The translations under genes and the position numbers were made by a program. The notes under the pieces were generated by a model. The model was not told the origin of the DNA, did not search any database, and saw only the letters and a list, made by a program, of their open reading frames with translations. From positions 204,913-268,912 of the forward strand of contig BCKQ01000009.1 of assembly GCA_001600695.1 (NCBI GenBank): DNA of 64,000 nt. Direction: 5' to 3'. Of this stretch, positions 23,698-34,844 are shown piece by piece (the stretch's first letter is position 1; every line of letters starts with the position of its first letter). The stretch is from Ascoidea asiatica JCM 7603. Its lineage: Eukaryota; Fungi; Ascomycota.

Positions 23698-25434
23698 ATG
23701 TCAATTGTACCGAAGGATTCAATTCAAATGAAATTAGATAATCTTTCTTTGAAAGATAAAGATAAAGATAAAGATAAAGATAAAATTGAAGATAAAAATA
23801 ATAACAATAATAATACAACATCAATTATTCCTCATGAAAGGCAAATTGTTGATCAAGTTATTTTAATTTGGAAAAATGATTCATCTACAGAAAATTTATC
23901 AATAGGAAAATTAAGAAATTTAATTAAAGAAAATAATATAAATTGGGAAATTTCTGAAAAGAGATTAAAATTAACTTTAAAAAAATTTAATTTATTGCCC
24001 ACTAATTCTATAAATCTTGATTCAATTACTTTTGTTTCAAAAATTAAAAGTCTTGAAACTCCTGGTTTAAATCTTCAAAATATTTTTATTAATAATGATA
24101 ATGATAATGATAATGATAGTGATAATGATAATGATAATGATAGTGATAATGATAATCATAAAAAACAAACTACTGATGATTTAATTAAAGTGGAATTTTC
24201 AAATAAAAGAGGAAAAGGTTTATATGCAAAAAAAAAAATTTTAAAAGGTACTTTATTATGGGAAGAAAAACCATTTCTTATGATACCTCAAATGGATATT
24301 TTATCTTTAATTCAAAAAGGTTATGGATGTACATATTGTTCAAAAATTTTAACAAATAATAAAAATAATAAAACTTATATTAAAAATCTTAGAGTTAATT
24401 CAATGTTAACTTGTAAATATTGTGATGAAGTATTTTGTTCAAAAATTTGTAAAAAAATTAATGAAAAATTTCATAATTTTTTATATCATAATCATAATCC
24501 TGAAATTGAAATTAATTCAAAAAATTGGTTAATTTTTTTAAAATTTGCAACTGAAGAAAATAATTGGAATGGTTTATTAGCTATTGGTTATATTCAAGCA
24601 AAATTTTCATTTTTAAGAATTAATTCATTAAAGAATTTAAATTCTAATAATAAAAATAATAATAAAAATAAAAATAATTTATTATATTTAAAACAATTAA
24701 ATTCATTTGCAACAATTCCATTAAATGAAAAATATAAAATTTTAAAACCTAATGAAAATAGAATTTTAATGGAAGAAACTGAAAAAATGTGGATTAAAGG
24801 TTTTGAATTATTTAATAAATGTTTTTCATCAAATTTAGATAAATTATCTTATAAAGAATTTATGAATTATTTAGGTGCATTTAATTTAAATAATGTTAAT
24901 TCAATGTTATTTTTAATTCAATCACATTTAAATCATAATTGTGATTATAATATTGAAATTAAATTTGATAATAATTATCCAAGTAATGGTATTAAAGTTT
25001 ATGCAAAAAAAGATTTAAATTTAAATGATGAATTATTTACAAGTTATGTTGATCCAAATCATGATGTTTTACAAAGAAGAACAGAATTAAGAATTAATTG
25101 GGGATTTTTATGTAATTGTAAAAAATGTAAAAAAGATTTAAAAATTAATAATGAAATTAATGAGAAAAATAATGAAAATATTAATAATAATTTAAAAGAT
25201 AAAAATGAATTAAAAATTCGTAGAAAATCATCAGGATCAAAACAAACTGCAAGTGATATTAGAAAAATGCTTAAAAGTCCAGTTAATGAAGATAATAATA
25301 AAAATAAAAATGAAAATGAAAATGAAGATGAAGATGAAGATGAAGAATTTGATCTTAAAATTCCAGATAGTGATTTTGTTTTTGGTACAAGAAGAAGATC
25401 AGTTAGATTTTCAAATCATGTAGAATCACATTAA
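23698..25434 (+). CDS. SET5: SMYD-type histone lysine methyltransferase Set5
   Basis: Split SET domain (RGKGLYAK; QSHLNHNC; ELFTSYVDP), MYND-like cysteines (CTYC, CKYC, CSKIC), post-SET WGFLCNCKKC, C-terminal RRRSVRF. Confidence 0.9.
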   Translation: MSIVPKDSIQMKLDNLSLKDKDKDKDKDKIEDKNNNNNNTTSIIPHERQIVDQVILIWKNDSSTENLSIGKLRNLIKENNINWEISEKRLKLTLKKFNLLPTNSINLDSITFVSKIKSLETPGLNLQNIFINNDNDNDNDSDNDNDNDSDNDNHKKQTTDDLIKVEFSNKRGKGLYAKKKILKGTLLWEEKPFLMIPQMDILSLIQKGYGCTYCSKILTNNKNNKTYIKNLRVNSMLTCKYCDEVFCSKICKKINEKFHNFLYHNHNPEIEINSKNWLIFLKFATEENNWNGLLAIGYIQAKFSFLRINSLKNLNSNNKNNNKNKNNLLYLKQLNSFATIPLNEKYKILKPNENRILMEETEKMWIKGFELFNKCFSSNLDKLSYKEFMNYLGAFNLNNVNSMLFLIQSHLNHNCDYNIEIKFDNNYPSNGIKVYAKKDLNLNDELFTSYVDPNHDVLQRRTELRINWGFLCNCKKCKKDLKINNEINEKNNENINNNLKDKNELKIRRKSSGSKQTASDIRKMLKSPVNEDNNKNKNENENEDEDEDEEFDLKIPDSDFVFGTRRRSVRFSNHVESH

Positions 25435-26941
25435 ATAGAATAAATTTATACAAATATATAATATATCTTTTGAATCAAAAAAATTTTGTTTTATAGATTA
25501 GTAAAATTTGTTAAGATTATTTATTAAAGTTTAGGTTTCCGATTCTGCTTTTTTTTTTTTTTTTTTTGTTGCTTGAATTCTAAAATCAATAATGTGTGGA
25601 GGTTGATCCAAACCTTAATTGTAGTTTATTTTTTTTTTTTACATCATAACTATTAGCAAAAAATTTTAATATATTAACACATTGATTGCTATTCTTTAAC
25701 TGAAATTAATAAATATTATCATGTCATAAACTATGTCATTATTTTGATATCGAATGTCATCTTAATAACGCTATGAGATAATTTTTTTAAATTTTTCGAT
25801 ACTCTGTTTCAAAGTAATGTTTTTTTTTTTCATTGAATTGCTCAAAAGACTTAAAATCAATTATTATTTTTTGAGCATTTTTAGTTTCATTTTCCTATTA
25901 GCTTGTTTTCTTGCTATTTGAATTATTCTTTAATAGCAATTTTCATTCATAGTTTTCCAATAAAAATATTTTCAAAGAGAAATTCTAAGAAGTCAATCAT
26001 GTCGTATTCGGATTAACATCTACATTGCTCTTGAAATCCTATTGTATTTACTAGTACTAGTACTAGTGTTTTTAGTAGGCTAATCTAATAATAAGGACAT
26101 CAACAAGTACATTGTTATAGCAATTATCGTATTTTTAATATTATTTTACCTTGCTCATTTTATTCAAAAGTTAAATATTCGAGCAAATATAAATAAATAT
26201 TAAAAGCTAAATATCGAACAAAGAATCCGGAAGCAACTATTTATTTGCTTGTGATTACGTGTAATTAAACCCCTACAGCAATCTCAGTCCAAGTCACTGA
26301 GACTAACAGAAAAGTAATCTCAAGCTTACGTAAGAAATAGTTCAGCTTGCTATGAAACAACGTCGTAAACCTGTGTTAATAGGATCCCACCACAAAAATG
26401 ATTTGCTGATTGAAATGAATATACCTTAACGGTGAGTAACCGGAAATATTTAGGTAGCTAGCTTACTTGCTTGGGATCAGCCTGGTGTGTTCTTCAGAGA
26501 AAAGGGAAGGGGATTCTTATTGGCTGAAGAAAGATTGCTGGATTTATGCATTATGTGCTGGTGCATAACTTGCTGCGAAATGTACGGTGCAATGTACGGT
26601 GCAATGTACTGTATAGATTGCTGTACAGCAAAAATAAACAGTCAACAATTGTTAACAAGTCAATGATTAATTTGCTAAATGTTGACGATTGTTGCTTGTG
26701 AGTTTAGTGCATTCACAAGGATTTTACTAAATATTAGGTCGTTTAAGTTTCAATAGTGAGGGAGCAACGGAGGTGTTTTTAGCAATGACGGATTTCTTAA
26801 CGACAATTCAACTTAAAATTGTTCTGTTCGCTAAGCCACCATTTTGCACGTGCATTTCTTGTTTTGATATTTTAAGCTGTGATTATAGCTGGCTGCACTT
26901 CCGGTCTTAGAGTGTTCGCTAAAGGACTTTTGAAAGAAGCA

Positions 26942-26950
26942 TTTGCCACC
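26942..26950 (-). promoter_or_regulatory. PACE (Rpn4-type) element GGTGGCAAA in the region upstream of WHI3
   Basis: TTTGCCACC on the + strand is an exact match; function not shown. Confidence 0.35.
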
Positions 26951-27247
26951 GGATGAGAATTACGTGATTGGATATTGCTGGATTTAGGAACTAAAAGTGC
27001 GTTACCGTGAAGAAAAAGGAGTGAGTGCAAAAGTGAAAATTCTCCCATGACAACGCAACAGTTTAAATTTGGTCAAAGCAAAAGAGAAAAATAAGAGAGA
27101 AAAGAAATAGAAATAGAAACAGAAATGGGAATGAGAATAGAAGCAGCGATCGCTTGATGGAGGAGGTACCACCGTAGGAAGAAATAAATATTACTGTATA
27201 ATAAGAACTGCATTTTCAACCTCTTTCGTCTTTTCTCTTTTATCTTT

Positions 27248-27288
<41 letters not shown>

Positions 27289-28361
27289 TTCCGTCCACAA
27301 ACAAATATACTAACTGACTGTTTTTTAAGTGGATATTGAATTGATACTGAATTGATATTGAATGAATTGATGGTAAACAACTAACCAACTCATTCACCTC
27401 ATCTTTATTACTTATAACATCCTTAAATCGTCATATTTTATTTAATTATATTTCAATAAATATTTCAATATTCAATATATATATATACTGTATATATATA
27501 TATATCAATTAAAATAATATCTATATCAGTAATTTATCTCATTATCATATTTCTATCCGATAAATAAAGAATCATTCCAATATTAATATATATCATTTAG
27601 AATATAAAATATCTTCATTATCTTTGTAATCACAAATAATCGAGTCTTTATTTTATATCATTTTAATTCTAGTTCTATTTCTACAAGTGAAGTGTGTAAC
27701 TGAGAAATAAATCCAATTTTAATTCTAATTCATGAAAAGATAACAGATAATAACCTAAGTAACTATAACGCGTAAACGCCACAAAAATAATATCAATCAA
27801 ATTTATTACAATACATTAAGAAAACCTATTTTCGAGATCAAATTTTCTTCATTTCAACCTCACAAATATATTATAATACTTTATATATGATATAGTATAA
27901 TATAATATAATAACCTATCAACACAACATCATCTCATATAATAATATAATAAATATATAATTACAAATCCACATTCAAATATTAGTATAATAGATATATT
28001 CTAGATATATTAATATATTTAAATATATTAATATATATCTTCATATCTTCATATCTTCATATCTTTATATCTTTATATTTTCATATCTTTATATCTTCTA
28101 ATTCAAAATTTATATTCATATATTCAAAAGTAATCAATATACATATTGCTAATAACTAATATATTTTATATCTCAGCATATTCTTCTGCTTTTAATAAAA
28201 TTATTAATATCTTTTATTCAATTGGATCTTTTAATTTATTAACTCATATTCATACACTCTTTAATTATTAAACACTTTTCTTTCAATATCTTTCAAATTC
28301 TCTTTTTATAATTTTTTATAAACAAATCATCATTAATTAATAACATATCATATTCTTAAAA

Positions 28362-30611
28362 ATGAATTTCAACTCAAGTTCAAATACTGCCTCTTCCGGT
28401 TCATTACCATCTTCATCATCTTCATCTCCAAATTCAATTTTAGCCTTAAACAATAATAATAGTAATAATAATAGTAATAATAATAGTAATAACAATAGTA
28501 ATAATAACAGTAATAATAACAGTAATAATAATAGTAATAATAACAGTAAAAATAATAGTAATAGCAATATCAATCAAATAAATTCTAATTTTGATTTTAT
28601 CAATATCAATAATAATAACAACAACAAAAGCATTGAAGATGATACTGCTAAAATCAATAACAATAACAATAACAATAACAACAATAACAATAATAATAAT
28701 AATCATCTCGTAAATAATATTCCAAATAATTCTTATTCAGCTGAATCAAATAACTCTTCTCATTTATATAATTTAGAACAACCAACATCTTTAACAAATC
28801 TAAATATACCATCATCTTCTCCAACTTTTTCAGATCCTCTACATCCTTCTTTAAATTATCCAAATAGTTCTCCATCTGGTTTAGAATCACCTCTTTATAC
28901 TTTATCTTTAAATAATCAAAATTCTTCTTCTAATAATTCTAATAGTACTACAAATAATAATAATGTTAATAATAGTAATATCAATAATATCAAAACTCCT
29001 ATTTCATCAAATAATATTCCTCATTTAAATGGTTCAATTGGATCAAATGGTTCAAATGGAACAAATGGAACAAATGGATCAAATACAACAAATTTAACAA
29101 ATATAACAAATTCAATTCAAAGTTTTGATCTGAATACAAACAATAGACCTTTTATTTTAAAAATCAAAAACTATCCTTTAGATTTAACTCAAAGAGAAGC
29201 TAATCTAATTTTCTCTCTTTCTTCGGATATAATTAATGTTGAAATCACTCAAAATCAAATTCTAGCATTTTTCCCTTCTCTTGAAAGTTTAATCTCAGCT
29301 TTTAAAATTTTGAGTTCTAAAAGACAATTTTTATTCGGTGATAATAAATCTGTTATTCTTGAAACTGATCCAGATATTATTCCTTTTTTAAACTCTGCAG
29401 CTGCTCAAAATTCTAGACTGCTTTCTTCAATTAATACTCAAAGCTCTCGTTTTCCTCTTACTTCACCTCAAAATACTGTTGGTGTTATAAATTCAATAAA
29501 TTCATTAAATTCTATCAATTCAAATTCTCATTCAAGTTCTGCTTATACTAATGGTTCTATATCTTTAAATAAAAGAAATAGTAATACTATTTCTACTACA
29601 AATAGAATGAGAAATGTCTTTAATGATCCATTTTCTCCAACATCTAATGAAAACTTAGACTTGGGTACTTCTTCTACTGGTATAGGTTCAAATCTTGGAA
29701 AATCTTTATTACTTTTAGAAACTCAAACTGATGCAAGAGAATATGAGCAATTAGTAAGAGAACCTTGGAGTCAAACTCAAAGCTCAAATATGTCTCAAAA
29801 TGGAAATTCAGATATACAATTTAATACTAGTCCTTATCAAAATTCAAATACTATCATTAATTCTCCTGCAGGACCACCTCCTTCAAATGTTTGGGAAAAT
29901 CATAATTCAAGAAGAAAAAGTTCTGCATTTTTTCCTCCTCCAATTACAACACCTACAACAATTGGTCCTCACTTACCTACAAATTTATCCATGTCAAACA
30001 ATGTTAATAGACAACAACCTAATTCAATTTTTCAAAGTAATTTCCCTGTAAGTAATTCTAGTTCAGTTTTACCTACTTCAACAAATCAACAACTGCAATC
30101 TTCATTAATGACTACCAACACAACAAATTTACAATCTAATCCATCACATCAATCATTAACTTCTCAACAAATTCCTGAATTATCTTTACTTTCCAGAGTT
30201 CCAATGCCAGCTAATCCAGCAGATCAAAACCCTCCATGTAATACTTTATATGTTGGAAATTTACCTCCTGATGCTACTGAATCTGAATTAAGATCTTTAT
30301 TTTCACCACAAAAAGGATTCAAAAGATTATCTTTTAGAACAAAGGCACCATCAAATGGTATAAATAACTCACATTCGCATGGTCCTATGTGTTTTGTTGA
30401 ATTTGAAGATATTGCTCTAGCAACAAGAGCATTGGCTGAATTATATGGAAGACAATTACCTAGATCTAGCGGAGCATCAAAAGGTGGAATAAGACTTTCA
30501 TTTTCCAAAAACCCATTAGGAGTTCGAAGTTCAAATCAAAGAAGGTCAAGTTCTCAATATACAAATACTCTATCAAATGCTCAAAAATCAAATCAAATTA
30601 GTAATAATAAC

Positions 30612-30654
<43 letters not shown>

Positions 30655-31514
30655 GTCATAGTCATAGTCATAGTGCTAACAATAATAATGCTAGTAATAA
30701 CACCAATAGTATCAATATTATCAATAGTAATAATAATCCCAATAATAATAATAATAACAATAATCATAATGGAAATATTGGAAATTCGAGTAATATTCAT
30801 AATATAAACAACATAAATAGTATAGGAAACATTAATAATCTAGGTAATATGAATACAATTACTAATATTCCATCAACAATTTCTAGCATGAAAAATATTA
30901 ATTCAAACAATGGAAATTTACAAGCAAATTCAACACTAAATTCGTTAAATAAAGTTAATAATTTGAACGGCGTGAATGCTAGTGCAAATTCAAGTGGAAG
31001 TAATAATACTAATGGAAATATTCATAATGGTATAAGTAATATGAATGGCATAAATATGAATAATATCAGTAGCTTGAATAATATAAACAATATGAATAAT
31101 ATTAACAACAATATGAATAACATTGGTAATATGAACAATATGAATATAAATGGAATGAAACTTGGAAATAATAACGGCATAAGTAATATAAATAATATAA
31201 ATAATATGAGTAATATGAGTGGGATAAATGGACTCCATAATCATTTAAATGGCAATAGTAATAATAATAGTAATAACATAAGCATAAGCAATTCAAGTAA
31301 TTCTAATAATTCCAATAATGGAATTGGATGCTTGAATAATATAAATAGTATGAATAACTTGAATGGAATTAATTTGAGTAATATGAACTTGAATAATATT
31401 CCTATAAACAATAATGGAAATAATAATAGTAATAATAATAATAATATTAATACAAATAATAATAATAATAATAATAATAATAGTAATGGATATGCTCCTT
31501 TCAGTCCAAATTAA
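28362..31514 (+). CDS. WHI3: RNA-binding protein Whi3 (Whi3/Whi4 family)
   Basis: [32 protein letters not shown]...[23 protein letters not shown]...[16 protein letters not shown]; GKSLLLLE motif; degenerate N-terminal RRM-like segment. Confidence 0.95.
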
Positions 31515-32377
31515 GATCAAATAAGTAATAAGGATATTTTTTTTTACTAACTTTCATTTTTTTTTAGAATGTATTTCTTTTTGATTTGTCATATTTATTT
31601 TGCTTTTTGCTGATTTCTTTATGTTAATAATTAAACGGTAAATAATATTGTATAAGAAAACCTTTTTAAAGGTGAAGCATAAATTACTTAGTTTTTTTTC
31701 TTTTTCTTTTATTTTTACTTTTATTTTTATTTTTATTTTTATTTTTATTTTTATTTTTGTTTTTATTTTATCTAATTTCATTTTATTTGATAAAAATTAT
31801 CAAATAAATTTTAAGAAAAAAATTGTACAAGAAATGTATTTTAACTAATTTTTTTTTTTCAAATGTTGTTAAGTTCACTTTAAATCTAGTTTTTTTTTTT
31901 TTATTTTCAATATTTATTTTTTATTGTTATTGTTATTGTTATGGTTATTGATATTTTTATTTCTATTTCAACTTTTATTAAGTTTTCATTTTTCATCTTC
32001 ATCTTCATTTTTATATTTCAACATTATTTCATCATATTTTCTAACACAAGTGTTTTTCTTTCTCAACATTTATTTTCAAATAATTATTTTCAAATAACTT
32101 TTTTTCGTACATACTTTATTATTCTTTTATTTTATTGTCATGTTATTGTCTTGTCATATTTTAAGTTATTATTTTATTTTTAAATTGTTTAGTTTGTTGT
32201 TTATTTTTATAAAAATTCTTCAAATATAATTTCAAATATAATTTCAAATTAATTTCAAACATTTTCAAGCATTGTTAAATCAAAAGCTCTGAATATTCAA
32301 ATAGTTTTTACTCTTTTTTTTATCTAATTTATTTGCAATTTTTTTTTCATTTTGCCTGGTTTCTAAATTGTTAAAAA

Positions 32378-32387
32378 AGAATAAGAA

Positions 32388-32418
<31 letters not shown>

Positions 32419-32459
32419 AAGAAGAAGAAGAAAAAGAAGAAGAATAAGAAAGAAAGAAG
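32378..32459. repeat. (GAA)n purine tract
   Basis: Direct reading. Confidence 0.9.
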
Positions 32460-32745
32460 GCAGAATGAAAATAATAAGCAATTAGGTAGTATTGCATTTC
32501 TCTTAGTTATATAATTTTATTAATTGTTAATTTTTACATCAAGGACATTTTTAATAAGTTTTTTTAATATATGTTTTTTATATTTAGTACTGTTAAGCAG
32601 CATTAATTTGTAGCATTAAATACTATAAAGGGTACTTATTACTGTATGTATTACTGTATTTATTACTGTACTATATATTATTACAGTAAAGTTACTAAAA
32701 TACACCAAGAAGAAGCACCATGAAACTGGACTCATTTAAATAAAA

Positions 32746-32866
32746 AACGTGACTTAAAAACAATCACATGACTTGGTGTATGCACAGCGCTGCTTTGCAA
32801 TGTCAGATCGCTTACGACCAGCGTCAGCACATACACGTGACCTAATTACTTTTGGCATCACGTGGC
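32746..32866. promoter_or_regulatory. Cluster of E-box/ACGT motifs upstream of SNX3
   Basis: AACGTGAC 32746, ATCACATGAC 32763, ACACGTGAC 32833 and ATCACGTGGC 32857, at and within a GC-rich island. Confidence 0.55.
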
Positions 32867-33171
32867 TTCCCGTTCTTATCGCAGTGTCAGCCTCTCGCGA
32901 ACTGCCGCCATCTCAGAATCAGATTCACTCTTTGCTCCTGGGGATCTATTGTTGAATCTGCTGTTTATCTATCTACGGCATCTCTTAATAAAATAAAGGT
33001 ATAAAAAGATGTAAGATATAAGAAACAAGATATAAAGATGTAAGAATATAATATATTATAATATAATATAATAATATAGTAATATAATTATATAATTATA
33101 TAATATAAAAAAACATAGAATATACAATCAATCATATCTTCCTTTAATCTTAAATATACCTCATTTTCATA

Positions 33172-33264
33172 ATGTCAAGTAAACCATTTAGATCTTTTGA
33201 AGAAACTTTATCTTCCTCCTTACATCTTTCAAATAAATATTCAAATAATAATCATGATATACTA

Positions 33265-33305
<41 letters not shown>

Positions 33306-33867
33306 TAATAACAATAATAATAGTAACAATAATAATCTATCAAACAATACATCAAATAATTCATCAAATAATCAAAATAATAATATAAATAATGCTATAA
33401 ATAATAATTCAATAAAATATTCACCAAATTTGAAAAAATTAAATCAACATCAATTTGATCAAATTTATGCAGAACCTGAAAATTTTTTAGAAATTGAAAT
33501 TAAAGATCCAAAAACTCATGGTTATGGTAGAAATATGTTTACAGATTATGAAATAATTTGTAGAACAAATATACCTGCTTTTAAAAAAAAATTATCTTCT
33601 GTACGAAGAAGATATTCAGATTTCGAATCTTTTAAATTTATTTTACAAAATGAATCTTCAAGAGTTATAATACCAAATTTACCACCAAAAATTTATTTAT
33701 ATAAAAATAAATTTAATGATTTAGAAATTGAAAAAAGAAGAAAATCTTTAGAAAAATTTTTAAATATTGTTGCAGGTCATCCATTATTACAAACTTCAAA
33801 TTCAAAAATTTTAACTTCTTTTATTCAAGATACAATTTGGGATAAACAAAAATGGTTATATAAATAA
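33172..33867 (+). CDS. SNX3: Sorting nexin 3 (PX domain)
   Basis: [49 protein letters not shown]; poly-Asn insertion near the N-terminus. Confidence 0.96.
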
Positions 33868-34253
33868 TTTATTTAACTTATTTAATTAACTTGTTTACAT
33901 AATTTATATAAATATTTAATAAATAATAAAATTATAAAATTATACTAACAAAAAATTAATAATTAATAAGCTGATTGATTATAAATAAACAATAAATAAT
34001 ACGTACGTAATAAATAACAATAAAATATAAAAAAAATAAAAAAGTAAAACAATAAACAGTAAACAATAAATAATTAACAATAAAACAATAAAACAATTTA
34101 AAAAAATTTAATAAAAATGTAAACAAGTATATAATGAAAAAGTAATAATAAACATGTAGTAATAAACAAGTAATAAACAATATCAACTAACAAAAATTTT
34201 AATAGAATTCTTTCAAAATTTTTTTAAAATGAACGAAAAAATGATTGATAATA

Positions 34254-34293
<40 letters not shown>

Positions 34294-34844
34294 TAATAAA
34301 AATAAAAAAAAATTGAGATAAAATAAATAATAAAATAAATAATAATAAAAATAAAAATAAAATTTCAATAAACTACCATCTATAAACAATTTTATGCTTA
34401 TTTTGTCTAAGATCTTATTTGTATAGTTTTTTTCTAATTGTCTCTGTCTTTTTTTTTCTTTTTGCTTTTTTTCTTTTCTTTTCTTTTCTTTCCTTATTTC
34501 TTAATTTTTTAATTTCTAAATTTCTTTCGTATATTCCTTTAATATACAAAAAGAATCAATTAAATAAAGCATTTCATTCATTTAATCAATCAATTGATTA
34601 CTTAATTATTCATTTAATTAAGTATCATACACAATATCCCCAATTTATTCAATCTATTCAATTTCTCAAATCTCTTGAATCCAATACCAAATAACCTTTT
34701 TTTTTTACTTCCATTCTCCAACTAAAAACGTTAAGAGCACACAAAAAAGAAATAAAAAAACAACTACTTTTGAAAAAATTTCAAAAGAAATCTCAAAATA
34801 TTTCTATTTCCACTTTAATTTTCTTTTTTTTTCTATTTCATTTA

